NCBI GenBank assembly: GCA_963821845.1 | Contig: CAWGFI010000006.1 | Location: 65,478 to 129,477 of the forward strand | DNA length: 64,000 nucleotides | Source: an uncultured delta proteobacterium | GTDB taxonomy: Bacteria > Desulfobacterota > Desulfarculia > JACQYL01 > CAWGVV01 | Direction of reading: 5' to 3' | Part shown: positions 50,409 through 61,198 of the stretch, piece by piece | Numbering within the stretch: position 1 is the stretch's first letter | Layout of the letters: each line of letters begins with the position of its first letter | Notes under the pieces: generated by a model | Seen by the model: the letters and a program-made list of their open reading frames with translations, nothing else | Databases searched by the model: none | What the model was told of the DNA's origin: nothing | Translations under genes and position numbers: made by a program

Positions 50409-51155
50409 TCAATCCATCAACTGGCCGCCGTTGACGGCGATGATTTCGCCCGCCAGGTAACTCGCGTCGTCGGAGGCGAGAAAAACGACCACGCGGGCCG
50501 TTTCCCGGACGCTCCCCACCCGGCCCAGGGGTATGGAGGCGACATAGCTTGAATAATCGCCGCCGGCCAGTGCCATGGACATGTCCGTCTCGACAACGCC
50601 GGGAGCGATGCCGTTCACGTTCACCCCGTAAGGCGCCAGTTCGCGGGCCAGGGACTTGGTAAAACACATGATGGCGGCCTTGGAAGCCGAATAATGCGCG
50701 CCCGCGACAATGCCGCCCAGTTTTCCCGAAATGGAGCCCAGGTTGATGATCTTGCCCGAGCCCTGCTTTTTCATGCCGCCCATGACCGCCTGGGAGCAGA
50801 GGAAGGTTCCCTTCAGGTTGACGCCCAGCACCAGGTCCCATTCCTGCTCGGGTATTTCTTCAATGGAACCCGTGCGGCAGATACCGGCGTTGTTGACCAG
50901 GATATCCACCCGGCCCCACTGGCCGACCACTTCCGCCGCCGCTTTTTGAACCTGGGCGCGGGAGGAAACATCCACGGCCAGGGCCATGGCCGGGACTCCG
51001 AGCGCTTCAATATCCTTTTTGGCGAGGGCCAGCGCCTGTTCGTTTACATCCCAGACGGCGACCCTGGCCCCTTCGCGAGCCAGTTCAAGGGCGATGCCCT
51101 TTCCGATGCCAGCTGCGGCTCCTGTCACAATGGCGATCTTGTCCTTGCATTTCAT
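50409..51155 (-). CDS. short-chain dehydrogenase/reductase (FabG-like)
   Basis: 248 aa with TGAAAGIG, NNAG and YSASKAA motifs. Confidence 0.85.
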   Translation of the reverse strand: MKCKDKIAIVTGAAAGIGKGIALELAREGARVAVWDVNEQALALAKKDIEALGVPAMALAVDVSSRAQVQKAAAEVVGQWGRVDILVNNAGICRTGSIEEIPEQEWDLVLGVNLKGTFLCSQAVMGGMKKQGSGKIINLGSISGKLGGIVAGAHYSASKAAIMCFTKSLARELAPYGVNVNGIAPGVVETDMSMALAGGDYSSYVASIPLGRVGSVRETARVVVFLASDDASYLAGEIIAVNGGQLMD

Positions 51156-51164
51156 GGCCGGCCT

Positions 51165-51599
51165 CTATTCGTCTTGATATTGGATAATCTCGATGGTGTT
51201 TCCTTCGGGGTCATTCATATAGGTAGCCCAGACTCCCGGCCGAAGATTCTGCGGCGGGCAGTTGAACCGGACGCCCTTGCTTACCAGGTCTTCATAGATC
51301 TGGTGAATGCCGCGCACGGAAAACGCGAAGTGGGTGATGCCGAAATCGCATTGTTGGCAGATAGGCTGTTGTTGTCCCTCGGGCGAACGCCACTTGAACA
51401 GCTCGATTTTGGTCCCGTACCCCTTCAGCATGACGATGTGCGCGTTCGCTTCGGGCATACCGACGACTTGCGACAGCAGTTCCCCGCCGCGTTCGGGCAT
51501 GTCCCATTCAACTTCAAATCCCAGCGCGTCTCTATAAAAGCTTACCGCCTTGTCCATATCCCGCACGGAAACAGCCACGTGCCCCCAATTCGCGTCCAT
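51165..51599 (-). CDS. VOC (glyoxalase/dioxygenase) family protein
   Basis: 144 aa. HVAVSVRDMDKAVSFYRDALGFEV...ITHFAFSV. Confidence 0.75.
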   Translation of the reverse strand: MDANWGHVAVSVRDMDKAVSFYRDALGFEVEWDMPERGGELLSQVVGMPEANAHIVMLKGYGTKIELFKWRSPEGQQQPICQQCDFGITHFAFSVRGIHQIYEDLVSKGVRFNCPPQNLRPGVWATYMNDPEGNTIEIIQYQDE

Positions 51600-51665
51600 G
51601 AAAACCTCCTTTGGACAAAAAAAATGAGGCGGACCGTTTTCACGATCCGCCCCGACAGTATTAAC

Positions 51666-52871
51666 CTATTCCTTGTAAGGTTTCCAGCCGCTTTCTTCCA
51701 GGCTGAGGGACACGTCTTTCGCGGGAATGATCTCTACCGGCTTCAGATAGGGAGTGTCATAGTATTTGGTCTTTTCCACTACCTGGCCGATAACCTCCGG
51801 CGACTGGGCCTGATGATCTTCCTTGCGCATGGTTATCGTGCCCACCGGGCCTTCATACTCCAATCCTTCAAAGGCCTTGATAACCTTATCGGTGTCGAAA
51901 CTGCCCGCTTTTTTCACCGCCGCCAGGTACATCTTGGTTCCGAGATACCCCTGCATGGCCACGAATGACGGCCACTTGCCGTCGGAATTCTTATGGTACG
52001 TTTCCTCGAACTTCTTGGCTTCCGGCGTATCCACGCCCAGGGTATACATGGCGGAGTCCACATCGCCCAAGGCCTTATCGCCGGCCACGGCAAAGACCGC
52101 GTCGTCATCCAGGAAGGTGCCGCCGATGGGAATCTTCATTCCCAGCTCGCGGCCCTGGACAATGAGCTGCGTCAGGTCGGTGCCCCAGTTGCCGGTGATG
52201 ACGTATTCGGCGCCCGAAGCCTGGATTTTGCTGATGTACGGCGCGAAATCCTTATTGAAGACCTTATGAAACTCGTTGCCCACCACCTCCGCGTCGGGAG
52301 CGATGGCCTTGATCGCCATTTCATAAAATTTGGCTACGTCATGGCCCCAGGAATAATCCTGGTTGATCAGGAACACTTTCTTCAATCCCTTTTTGTTGAA
52401 ATAGTGGGCCAGGCCTTTTACGTGCATGCCCGCGTTCAGGCAGGTTCTGAACACATAGGGATTGAAGTTTTCGCCGGTGATGCCCATGGCTTCCGCGGCG
52501 ACGCTCAGATAGATGGTCTTGTAGCGAGGCATCTGCTGGGCGAGGGCGCCACCGACACCCGAGGAAGAGCCCTGGATGATGACTTGGCATTTGTCTTCCA
52601 GGATCATCTTTTTCAGCTTCTGGACCGCTATTTCGCCCTTCATCTGGTTGTCTTCGACCACCACTTCGAGCTTCTTGCCCAGCACGCCGCCCGCGTCGTT
52701 GGCTTCTTTCACCGCGGCTTCCACGCCCCAGATGATCCGGTCGCCGTTGGACTTGAACGCGCCCGACCTCACCTCGTTTACTCCCAGCTTAACCGTATCC
52801 TCGGCGTAGGCGCTTGGAATGACGAGCGCAAGCCCGACGATAACCGCCATAAACCACACGAACCTTTTCAT
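51666..52871 (-). CDS. ABC transporter substrate-binding protein (LivK-like type I fold)
   Basis: ORF track 51666..52901. Start MKRFVWFMAVIVGLALVIPSAYA (signal peptide) at 52871. Confidence 0.8.
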   Translation of the reverse strand: MKRFVWFMAVIVGLALVIPSAYAEDTVKLGVNEVRSGAFKSNGDRIIWGVEAAVKEANDAGGVLGKKLEVVVEDNQMKGEIAVQKLKKMILEDKCQVIIQGSSSGVGGALAQQMPRYKTIYLSVAAEAMGITGENFNPYVFRTCLNAGMHVKGLAHYFNKKGLKKVFLINQDYSWGHDVAKFYEMAIKAIAPDAEVVGNEFHKVFNKDFAPYISKIQASGAEYVITGNWGTDLTQLIVQGRELGMKIPIGGTFLDDDAVFAVAGDKALGDVDSAMYTLGVDTPEAKKFEETYHKNSDGKWPSFVAMQGYLGTKMYLAAVKKAGSFDTDKVIKAFEGLEYEGPVGTITMRKEDHQAQSPEVIGQVVEKTKYYDTPYLKPVEIIPAKDVSLSLEESGWKPYKE

Positions 52872-52938
52872 ACCGACAACCTCCTTGCCCAAATGTTGCA
52901 TTTAATTGCGGGACCGAGCAAAAATGCGCGCGCGGTCC

Positions 52939-53649
52939 TTACACCTCCAGGTAGTGCTTCCGGATGTCCTTGCGTTCTTCCAACTCCTCGGGCGTGCCGG
53001 TCCATTTGATTTCGCCCTTGCTCAACACATAAATGCGATCGGCCAGTCCCAGGCATACGTGCAGTTTTTGTTCGACCAGGAGCACGGTGGTCCCGTGGTC
53101 GTTGATTTGCCGGATGACCTGATTGACCCGTTCCACGATAATAGGGGCCAGCCCCTCGGTGGGCTCGTCGATCAAAATCAGTTCCGGATTACCCATGAGC
53201 GTGCGGGCGATGGTCAGCATCTGCATTTCGCCGCCGGACAGGACCCCACCTTTCTGATTCTTGCGTTCGGCCAGGCGAGGGAAATACTCGTAGGCCCGAT
53301 CCAGGTCCCAGCCGTCGACCACTTTTTTGCCCATCCGGCCGGGCTTGACGCCCATGATCAGATTCTGATGAACAGTCAGGGTGGGGAAAATCCATCGTTC
53401 CTCGGGCACCAGGCCGATACCGGCCATGGCCACTTGATGCGATTTTTCTCCGCTGATTTCCCGGCCCTTGAAACGGATGGAACCGTTCCGAGGCGGCGTG
53501 AGCCCCATGATGGTATGAATGGTCGTCGTTTTCCCAACGCCGTTACGGCCGAGCAACGCGACGATTTCCCCCTGACGCGCCTCCAGGCTGACGTCAAAAA
53601 GAACATGGCTCTGCCCATAGTATGTATTGATCTTATTCAGTTCGAGCAT
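52939..53649 (-). CDS. ABC transporter ATP-binding protein (LivF-like)
   Basis: 236 aa with GRNGVGKTT, LSGGEMQML, LILIDEPTEG. Confidence 0.85.
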   Translation of the reverse strand: MLELNKINTYYGQSHVLFDVSLEARQGEIVALLGRNGVGKTTTIHTIMGLTPPRNGSIRFKGREISGEKSHQVAMAGIGLVPEERWIFPTLTVHQNLIMGVKPGRMGKKVVDGWDLDRAYEYFPRLAERKNQKGGVLSGGEMQMLTIARTLMGNPELILIDEPTEGLAPIIVERVNQVIRQINDHGTTVLLVEQKLHVCLGLADRIYVLSKGEIKWTGTPEELEERKDIRKHYLEV

Positions 53650-53654
53650 TTTGG

Positions 53655-54386
53655 CTACGACCCCAGATACGCTTCTTTCACCAACTGGTTTCCGCGAATC
53701 TCTTCCGGTGTTCCGCTCACCAGAACCTCGCCGTAATTGATCACCGTGATTTTGGTGGCCAGAGTGAACACCACTTCCATGTCGTGTTCGATGATGACCA
53801 GTGTCTTGCCCTTGGTCAGCCGGTCGATCAGCTTGACCGCGTCCCGCGTCTCGTCGATGGACATGCCGGCCGTCGGTTCGTCCAGCAGGACCATTTGCGG
53901 GTCCAAGGCCAGGGTGAGGCCTATTTCCAGCGCGCGCTGCTCCCCGTAGGAAAGCTCGCCCGCCAGATGGTCATGCTTGTCCGCCAGACCGATATCTTCC
54001 AGCACGGACATGGCTTCCTGGTTGACGGCGGTCATCTTCGCGACATTCCTGAAAAAATCGAACCGGATATGTCGCTTGCAAAGGATGACCGCGCGCACGT
54101 TTTCCAGCACGCTGAGGCCCGGAAAAACATTGGTGATTTGAAAGGAGCGGGCCAGACCCAGCCGGCTGATGCGATGCGGCGGCATCCCGGTGATGTCTTT
54201 CCCGTTGAACACTATCTTGCCGGCGTTGGGTTTATACCGTCCGGTCAACAAATGAAACAGGGTGGTTTTCCCCGCGCCGTTGGGTCCAATGATTGCCTGC
54301 CGGTGGCCTTTTTCGACCTCTAAATCGACGCCGTTGATCACCTGGACCCGGCCAAAATTTTTTCTCAAGCCTTCTACGCGCAGCAT
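53655..54386 (-). CDS. ABC transporter ATP-binding protein (LivG-like)
   Basis: 243 aa with GPNGAGKTT, LSYGEQRALEI, VLLDEPTAG. Confidence 0.85.
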   Translation of the reverse strand: MLRVEGLRKNFGRVQVINGVDLEVEKGHRQAIIGPNGAGKTTLFHLLTGRYKPNAGKIVFNGKDITGMPPHRISRLGLARSFQITNVFPGLSVLENVRAVILCKRHIRFDFFRNVAKMTAVNQEAMSVLEDIGLADKHDHLAGELSYGEQRALEIGLTLALDPQMVLLDEPTAGMSIDETRDAVKLIDRLTKGKTLVIIEHDMEVVFTLATKITVINYGEVLVSGTPEEIRGNQLVKEAYLGS

Positions 54387-54407
54387 GCTTTTCCCGGTGT
54401 TGGTGGA

Positions 54408-55391
54408 CTATGACGATGCGGTTTCGGTTTTCGCGCCGTTCCACACCTTGTTTTTGATGGTTATCAACAGACCGCTCAATCCCTGCGGCGCATACATGAC
54501 CAGCAGCACGAAAACGGCTCCCTGGATAAGCGCCCAGTGTTCGGTCAGCGAACTCAGCGTATCGTTGAGCCAGGTCAGGAAGCACGCGCCCAGAATGGGT
54601 CCCCAGAAATGGCCGCCTCCCCCTATGAAGGTCATGATCAGAACGTCCGAAGCCTTGTCCAGGTTGATGAAGGTGACGGTGACGAATTCCTGGAAAGCTC
54701 CGGCCAGAGCGCCCGCCATTCCGGCGAAAAAGGCCGAGATGACGTAAATGAGCGTTTTGGAGATATAGGTGTTGAATCCGATGAACTGGGCGCGGTCTTC
54801 GTTCTCTCGCATGAGTTCATTGAGACGTCCCAACGGGGTTCGGGTGAAATGCCAGCAGAACCAGGCGCTCAGGACCACGATGACAGCCACGAAATAATAC
54901 CAGTGCACGGTGGAAAACATGTCCACGTTTCCCAGCCCCGGTATATGGAGTTCGGGACGCATGGCCGCCATGCCGTCTTCGCCTCCGGTAAGCGAACGCC
55001 ATTTTTCCGCCGCCGCATAGATGAGCGCGTTGAGCGCCAGGGTGATGAGCGCGAAATAGGTTCCACCCAGCCGCACCACGAAGACGCCGAACACGATTCC
55101 CAGAAGCCCGCCGCCGATCCCGCCCGCCAGGATGCCGGGGAGCAGGCTGAGTCCAAGGCGCTTGAACAAAATGATCGCGGTATAGGCGCCGACGCCGAAA
55201 TAGGCGGCGTGACCGAAGGACAGCAACCCCGCCTGGCCGAAAAGCACGTTATAGCTGAGGGCGAACAGCGAATAGATCATCATGGTGATGACCATGTTGA
55301 GCTGATACTCCGAGATCACAAAGGGCGCCACGGCGACCAGAGCCAAAACCACGGCTATCACGATCCATCTTCTTTTGCCTTGACTCGTCAT
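54408..55391 (-). CDS. ABC transporter permease (LivM-like)
   Basis: 327-aa polytopic ORF in a liv-type gene order. Confidence 0.8.
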   Translation of the reverse strand: MTSQGKRRWIVIAVVLALVAVAPFVISEYQLNMVITMMIYSLFALSYNVLFGQAGLLSFGHAAYFGVGAYTAIILFKRLGLSLLPGILAGGIGGGLLGIVFGVFVVRLGGTYFALITLALNALIYAAAEKWRSLTGGEDGMAAMRPELHIPGLGNVDMFSTVHWYYFVAVIVVLSAWFCWHFTRTPLGRLNELMRENEDRAQFIGFNTYISKTLIYVISAFFAGMAGALAGAFQEFVTVTFINLDKASDVLIMTFIGGGGHFWGPILGACFLTWLNDTLSSLTEHWALIQGAVFVLLVMYAPQGLSGLLITIKNKVWNGAKTETASS

Positions 55392-56257
55392 TTGCTTTCA
55401 CCCAAAAGCCCGTGCGGCCTGAATATGAGCACCAAAGCCATGAGCAGGAACTCGAACACGATAGCGAACTGCGGCAGGACAAGAATGCCGATGGACTGCA
55501 ACTGACCGATCAGGATCGACGCGATGAGCGCTCCTTCGATCGACCCCAATCCCCCGACCACGACCACCACGAACAGGTCGATGATGATGGTCGACGCCAT
55601 GCCCGGATTGGTGATCAGATAGGGCCCGCCGATAACCCCGGCCAGCCCGGCCAGCCACGCGCCCATGCCGAAAAGCAGGAGGAACACCAGCGGCACGTTG
55701 AATCCCAGCGCTCCCACCATTTCCTTTTTGGAAACGGCGGCCCGGACGATGATTCCCGCCCGCGTCTTGAACAGCACCAGGAACAGGAACGCGAACACCA
55801 GAAAGGATATTAACAGGATAAACAATCGGTAGACCGGGTATTCCACTCCCAGCATGGGAACCGAACCGCTCAGGATGGGAGGCAGATTCACCGCGAGCGG
55901 CTCGTTGCCCCAGATGATCTTGACCAGTTCCTCGATGATATAGGCCATGCCGAAGGTGAGCAGCAGTTCGTGCGCATGGCCGTACACGTGTACCTTGCGG
56001 AGGAAAAAACGCTCGATAATCATGCCCACGGCCATTACCAGGAACGGCGCGATAAGCATGCTTAACCAGAAATGGCCGGTAAACCGGAGAATTGAAAATG
56101 AAAAATAGGCGCCGAGCATGTACAGCGCTCCATGGGCGAAGTTGAGCACCCCCATCATGCCGAAAATGAGGGTCAACCCGGAAGCCACCAGGAACATGAG
56201 CATCCCGTACACCAGTCCATGAAGCGCCTGGATCGGAAGCGAGGAGAGGATTTCCAT
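55388..56257 (-). CDS. ABC transporter permease (LivH-like)
   Basis: 289-aa polytopic ORF. Its stop overlaps the start of the downstream permease. Confidence 0.8.
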   Translation of the reverse strand: MEILSSLPIQALHGLVYGMLMFLVASGLTLIFGMMGVLNFAHGALYMLGAYFSFSILRFTGHFWLSMLIAPFLVMAVGMIIERFFLRKVHVYGHAHELLLTFGMAYIIEELVKIIWGNEPLAVNLPPILSGSVPMLGVEYPVYRLFILLISFLVFAFLFLVLFKTRAGIIVRAAVSKKEMVGALGFNVPLVFLLLFGMGAWLAGLAGVIGGPYLITNPGMASTIIIDLFVVVVVGGLGSIEGALIASILIGQLQSIGILVLPQFAIVFEFLLMALVLIFRPHGLLGESK

Positions 56258-56389
56258 TTAAACGCAACCCGCTTTCTGAAAATTTCCTGTTTTTTCCGCT
56301 GTACGCAATATACCGCCGAATAATTTGAAATTTGTACGCTTCTTTGAGCCGTATTCGTCTATAGTATGCCGAGAGCCCTCTTGCGTCAA

Positions 56390-57790
56390 TTACGATCGAC
56401 CGGCCTTGGGGGCGTGAACGGCCATTTTGTTCCATCCCATGGCCGCTTCCATGACCGTTTCGCTCAAGGTGGGGTGCGCATGAACGGCTTCCGCCAGGTC
56501 TTCCACCGCCGCTTCCATGGTCTTGGCTACCACCGATTCGCTGATGAGTTCGGTGGCGTGAGCGCCCAGGATGTGAACCCCCAGGATCTCTCCGGTTTCG
56601 GCGTCTCCCACGATCTTGACGAAACCGTCGGTTTCGCCGATGGCCATGGCGTGGCCGTTGGAGGAATAGGGGAACTTGCCGATTTTTATCTTCCTGCCGT
56701 CCCGGCTGGCTTCTTCCTCGCTCAATCCGATGGCCCCGATTTCGCGGAAGCTCCAGACGCCGCGCGGGATCATATCGGGTTTCACTTCCCGGGAGCCTCC
56801 CAGGATATTGGCCACCGCCGCCTCGGCCTCGGCCGAAGCCTTGTGGGCCAGCATCATCCCGCCGATAACGTCGCCGATGGCGTACACGCCGGGCAGGCTG
56901 GTTTCCAGCTTCGAATTCACCTCGATGAACCGGCCGTTGAGCTTCAATCCCAGCTTTTCGGCGTTCACGCCGTCGAGAACGGGAGCGCGGCCCGTGGCCA
57001 CCAGCACCCGGTCCGAAACCGCTCCGCGGAGTTTGCCGGTTTCGTCCTCGAACAATACTTCGGCCCGGCCGTTTTTAACCGCCACTTCCCTGACCGCCGA
57101 TTTGAGATGCAGCGCCACGCCGTACTGGTTGAGCAACAGCCGCATAGCCTTGCGGACGTCCGCGTCCTCGGTGATCAGGATATCCGGCAGCAGTTCGATG
57201 ATGGTCACCTTGCTCCCCAGGGCGTGATAGATGGCGGCGAACTCCATGCCGATAACGCCCCCGCCGATGATGGTCAGGCTTTGGGGAACACGGTCCGGGT
57301 CGAGCGCCTCGTCCGTGGTCTGGACCACCGCGCGGTCCACCTTGATAAACGGCGGGATCGCGGGACGGGAACCGGTGGCCAGGATGATGTTTTCGGCCTT
57401 GACCTCTTTAACCGCCCCTTGCGGGTCCGTGATACGGATGGTCTTGGCCTCGGTCAATTCGGCCCGGCTCCGCGCCACTTCGATCCCGTGGCTGCGCATG
57501 ATGGATTCCACGCCGCCCACCAGCGTTTTGACCACCTGGTTTTTTCGCGCCACCATCTTATCGAGCGCGATGGATACGGCTTCCGCGCCCATGATCACGG
57601 GCGATTTTTTTACGTCGTCCAGAAGTTTGGTATCGTGGACAAAACACTTGGTCGGTATGCAGCCCTTGTTGAGACACACGCCGCCCAGCGCCGCCTTCTC
57701 CGCCAGGAGAACCTTCAGCCCGTGCTGGGCTCCGCGGATCGCCGCCGTGTACCCGCCGGGACCCCCACCGATAACCGCTAAATCGTACAT
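56390..57790 (-). CDS. lpd: dihydrolipoyl dehydrogenase (E3)
   Basis: ORF track 56390..57850. Start MYDLAVIGGGPGGYTAA at 57790. Redox centre GGVCLNKGCIPTK. NAD site IIGGGVIGMEFA. C-terminal HAHPTLSE. Confidence 0.9.
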   Translation of the reverse strand: MYDLAVIGGGPGGYTAAIRGAQHGLKVLLAEKAALGGVCLNKGCIPTKCFVHDTKLLDDVKKSPVIMGAEAVSIALDKMVARKNQVVKTLVGGVESIMRSHGIEVARSRAELTEAKTIRITDPQGAVKEVKAENIILATGSRPAIPPFIKVDRAVVQTTDEALDPDRVPQSLTIIGGGVIGMEFAAIYHALGSKVTIIELLPDILITEDADVRKAMRLLLNQYGVALHLKSAVREVAVKNGRAEVLFEDETGKLRGAVSDRVLVATGRAPVLDGVNAEKLGLKLNGRFIEVNSKLETSLPGVYAIGDVIGGMMLAHKASAEAEAAVANILGGSREVKPDMIPRGVWSFREIGAIGLSEEEASRDGRKIKIGKFPYSSNGHAMAIGETDGFVKIVGDAETGEILGVHILGAHATELISESVVAKTMEAAVEDLAEAVHAHPTLSETVMEAAMGWNKMAVHAPKAGRS

Positions 57791-57807
57791 CACCGCTCCC
57801 GAGTTGC

Positions 57808-59145
57808 TTACTGAACAAGAAAGGTAAACGCCGGCCGCTCCAGCTTCCATTTAAGGTTCTGCAGGAAGTCGGCGGCCACCGCGCCGTCGATGATCCGGTG
57901 ATCCACCGACAGCCCGAAGGTGGCGATCATGCGCGTTTTGACTTCACCCTTATCCAAGTAAAGCTCTTCCCTGGTTTTGCCGATGGACAGGATTCCGCTC
58001 TGCGGAGGATTCAGAATGGCGGTGAAATAGCTGATATCGTACTGCGCCAGACTGGATATGGTAAAGGTTCCCCGTTCCATCTCGGCCAGGGTCAGCTTGC
58101 CGATGCGGGCGCGCTTCACCAGGTCCATGCGCTGATTGGCGATGTCCGCCAGCCCGGCCCGGTCGGCTTCCGCGATGGCGGGCACGATCAGCCCGTCTTT
58201 CATGGCCACGGCCAGCCCCACGTTGATTTCCGGCTGGATGTGAATTTCCTGTCCCTTCACCTGGCCGTTGAGCAGAGGAAAATCGAGGATGTTCAGGGCC
58301 ACCGCCTTGATCAGAAAGTCGTTGACCGACGGCTTGAGCCCATATTTTTTCTCGAAATCGGCCGCCACCAGCTTGCGGAAGCCCAGCAGCGGGTCCATGG
58401 CCACGTCGGTGAAAAAGTAGATGTGCGGCGCGGTGAAGGCGCTTTCCGACATACGCCGGGCGATCACCTGCCGGATGTTGTCCATGGGGATGATTTTCCC
58501 GAAATCGGGCGCCTTGGCTTGAGCCGCCGCGCGTTCCACGTCCGAGCGCATCACCCGGCCGCGCACGCCGGTTCCGGCGATTTCCGCGAGCGGGGTTCCT
58601 TCTTTTTCGGCCAGTTTTCCGGCCAGGGTGGATACCCGGGCGCCCGTTCCGGCCTCCGCCGCTTCCACGTCGCGCAGCATAATCACGCCGTCCGGTCCGG
58701 AGCCGGTCAGGGAGTTCAGGTCGATTCCCTTGTCCCGCGCCAGTTTCCTTCCGGCGGGCATGACGCGCGCAGGGCCCGAAGGGGCGGGAGCCGGGGCGGT
58801 CGGCGCCGCGGCGGGCGCTTCCGGCGCCGCGTAAACGGGTTCCGGCGTGGGCGGAACGTGCGGCGCCGCCACGGGCGCGACCGTGTGTTCCTCGGAAAGT
58901 TTTTCACCCGGCTCGGTGATGATGCCCACCACCGTCAAAACCGGGACTTCCTGATCGATGGGTATCACTATTTTCGCCAGGATTCCGGAAGCCGGCGATT
59001 CCACTTCCGTCGCCACCTTGTCCGTCTCCACGACGAAAATGATTTCTCCTTTTTGGACGCTATCACCCTCACGCTTCAGCCATTCGACGATCTTGCCTTT
59101 CTCGACCGTAATGCCAAGCATGGGAAGAACAACTTCAATAGCCAC
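57808..59145 (-). CDS. dihydrolipoamide acyltransferase (E2) with one lipoyl domain
   Basis: 445 aa with lipoyl motif VETDKVATEVESP, an Ala/Pro linker, a peripheral subunit-binding domain, and catalytic SVDHRIIDGA. Confidence 0.9.
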   Translation of the reverse strand: MAIEVVLPMLGITVEKGKIVEWLKREGDSVQKGEIIFVVETDKVATEVESPASGILAKIVIPIDQEVPVLTVVGIITEPGEKLSEEHTVAPVAAPHVPPTPEPVYAAPEAPAAAPTAPAPAPSGPARVMPAGRKLARDKGIDLNSLTGSGPDGVIMLRDVEAAEAGTGARVSTLAGKLAEKEGTPLAEIAGTGVRGRVMRSDVERAAAQAKAPDFGKIIPMDNIRQVIARRMSESAFTAPHIYFFTDVAMDPLLGFRKLVAADFEKKYGLKPSVNDFLIKAVALNILDFPLLNGQVKGQEIHIQPEINVGLAVAMKDGLIVPAIAEADRAGLADIANQRMDLVKRARIGKLTLAEMERGTFTISSLAQYDISYFTAILNPPQSGILSIGKTREELYLDKGEVKTRMIATFGLSVDHRIIDGAVAADFLQNLKWKLERPAFTFLVQ

Positions 59146-59159
59146 TGACTTTCTCCTCT

Positions 59160-60140
59160 CTAGGCGTATTGCATCAATCGCTTCACGGCCGGCATGATAT
59201 CCTTGACGTCCGGGATAAACGCCTGCTCGAGGGGCGGAGAGAACGGCACGGGCGTATCGGGTGAACAGACCCGCATAACCGGCGCCTTCAGATATTCGAT
59301 GGCCTCTTCCGAGACGATGGCCGCGATTTCGGCGGCGACTCCGGCGGTTTTGTGCCCTTCGTCCGTGACCAGCAGCCGTCCGGTCTTTTTCACCGATTCC
59401 AGAATGGTGGTCTTGTCCAGCGGAGTCAGCGTCCGGGGATCCACGATCTCCAGATCGATCCCTTCCTTTTCGGCCTCTTCGGCCGCCTTCAGGCTTCTCT
59501 GGACCATGGCGAGCGTGGCCACGACGGTGATGTCCTTGCCCGGCCGTTTGATGTCGGCCTGGCCAAAGGGGATGGTGTAGTCTTCTTCCGGCACATGTCC
59601 CTTTTCCACGTACAGTTTCTTGTGCTCCACGAAGATCACGGGATTGTCGTTGCGGATGGCTTCGATAATGAGACCCTTGGCGTCATAGGGCGTGGACGGA
59701 ACGGCCACGTAGAGACCCGGGATGTGCATGAACAGGGCATGGAAGCTCTGCGAATGCTGCGCCGCCGCGCCCCGGCCCGCGCCGATGTTGGTCCGGAGCA
59801 CCATGGGGACCCTGCCCCGGCCGCCGAACATGTAATGCATCTTGGCCATCTGGTTGATGATCATGTCCATGCACACGGTGGTGAAGTCGATGAACATGAT
59901 TTCCACCACCGGCCGCATGCCGGTCAGGGCCGCGCCCACGCAGCCGCCCACGAAACCGGCTTCGGATATGGGCGTGTCGATAACCCGCTCCGGGCCGAAT
60001 TCATTCTGGAGCCCCGCCGTGACCTGAAAAATACCCCCGTAGACGCCGATATCCTCGCCGAGCAAAACCACGCGTTCGTCCTGGGTCATGCACTGCCGAA
60101 TCCCCTCGTTGATCGCCTGCGCGTAGGTTAATTCTCTCAT
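59160..60140 (-). CDS. 2-oxoacid (acetoin-type) dehydrogenase E1 beta subunit
   Basis: 326 aa. MRELTYAQAINEG...GEDIGVYGG.F..T.GL...FG.ERVIDTPISE. Confidence 0.85.
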   Translation of the reverse strand: MRELTYAQAINEGIRQCMTQDERVVLLGEDIGVYGGIFQVTAGLQNEFGPERVIDTPISEAGFVGGCVGAALTGMRPVVEIMFIDFTTVCMDMIINQMAKMHYMFGGRGRVPMVLRTNIGAGRGAAAQHSQSFHALFMHIPGLYVAVPSTPYDAKGLIIEAIRNDNPVIFVEHKKLYVEKGHVPEEDYTIPFGQADIKRPGKDITVVATLAMVQRSLKAAEEAEKEGIDLEIVDPRTLTPLDKTTILESVKKTGRLLVTDEGHKTAGVAAEIAAIVSEEAIEYLKAPVMRVCSPDTPVPFSPPLEQAFIPDVKDIMPAVKRLMQYA

Positions 60141-61120
60141 TTCGCGCTCCCCTCCACATAAACATCCTGATACAGTTCGTCGACCGCGGGAAATTCACTC
60201 GAAATGGCGAATTCCACCGCTTCATCGATTTCCCGGAGAACTTCCTTTTCGATGGCGGCCAGCCGGGTGGACCCGGCCACCTTGTCGTCCATCAATTCCC
60301 TGGCCAGACGCACGATGGGGTCCTTGGTTTTCCACTGTTCGATCTCTTCCTGGGTGCGATAGCGTCTGCCCTGGTTGGGGTCGCCTTCGTGATGGCCGCG
60401 CCAGCGGTAGGTCTTGCATTCGATCAGCGTGGGGCCTTCCTTGGCGCGAGCCCGCCGGATAGCCTTGGACGCGGCTTCGTACACTTTGGCCACATCGTTG
60501 CCGTCCACGATCACGCCCGGCATGTCGTAGCTGGTGGCGCGTATGGCGATGTCCTTGATGGGCTGATGTTTCACCTGGCTGACCGATATCCCGTACCCGT
60601 TGTTTTCGCAGACGAAAACGACCGGGGCCTTGTGGAGCGACGCCAGGTTGAGGCTTTCGTGGAAGGTCCCGTTGTTGGATGAGGCGTCCCCGAAAAAGCA
60701 GGCCGCCACCTGGTCGGTCCCCCGCCATTTGGCGGAAAGCGCGGCGCCCACGGCGATGGGAAGCCCGCCGCCGGCGATGCCGTTGGCGCCCATGATGCCG
60801 ATTTCCATGTCCGCGATATGCATGGAGCCGCCCTTGCCCTTACAATAGCCGGTTTTCTTGCCGAACAGTTCGGCCATCATGAGATTCAACTCCGCGCCCT
60901 TGGCGATAACGTGCCCATGGCCGCGATGGGTGCTGGTTATATAGTCGTCTTCCCGCAGATGCGCGCACACACCCGCGGCCACCGCTTCTTCTCCGATGTA
61001 CAGGTGCGCCAGACCCGGCACCTGCCCGCGAGCGTACAGGTCCACGATACGCTCTTCAAAACTCCGTATGCGGAGCATGGTGGTGTATAAATCGAGAAGC
61101 GTTTTCTTCGGTATTTTCAT
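60137..61120 (-). CDS. 2-oxoacid (acetoin-type) dehydrogenase E1 alpha subunit, TPP-dependent
   Basis: ORF track 60137..61150. Start MKIPKKTLLD at 61120. HLYIGEEAVA, THRGHGH, GKGGSMH, and the TPP motif GDASSNNG...NNGYGIS. Resembles AcoA-type E1 alpha. Confidence 0.85.
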   Translation of the reverse strand: MKIPKKTLLDLYTTMLRIRSFEERIVDLYARGQVPGLAHLYIGEEAVAAGVCAHLREDDYITSTHRGHGHVIAKGAELNLMMAELFGKKTGYCKGKGGSMHIADMEIGIMGANGIAGGGLPIAVGAALSAKWRGTDQVAACFFGDASSNNGTFHESLNLASLHKAPVVFVCENNGYGISVSQVKHQPIKDIAIRATSYDMPGVIVDGNDVAKVYEAASKAIRRARAKEGPTLIECKTYRWRGHHEGDPNQGRRYRTQEEIEQWKTKDPIVRLARELMDDKVAGSTRLAAIEKEVLREIDEAVEFAISSEFPAVDELYQDVYVEGSAK

Positions 61121-61198
61121 GAACTCCTCCTCCTGTTTGGAGCGTCCCATCCGATATACTTGTGTTGGCGAAAATTTATGAGACGATTCCCTCCATGA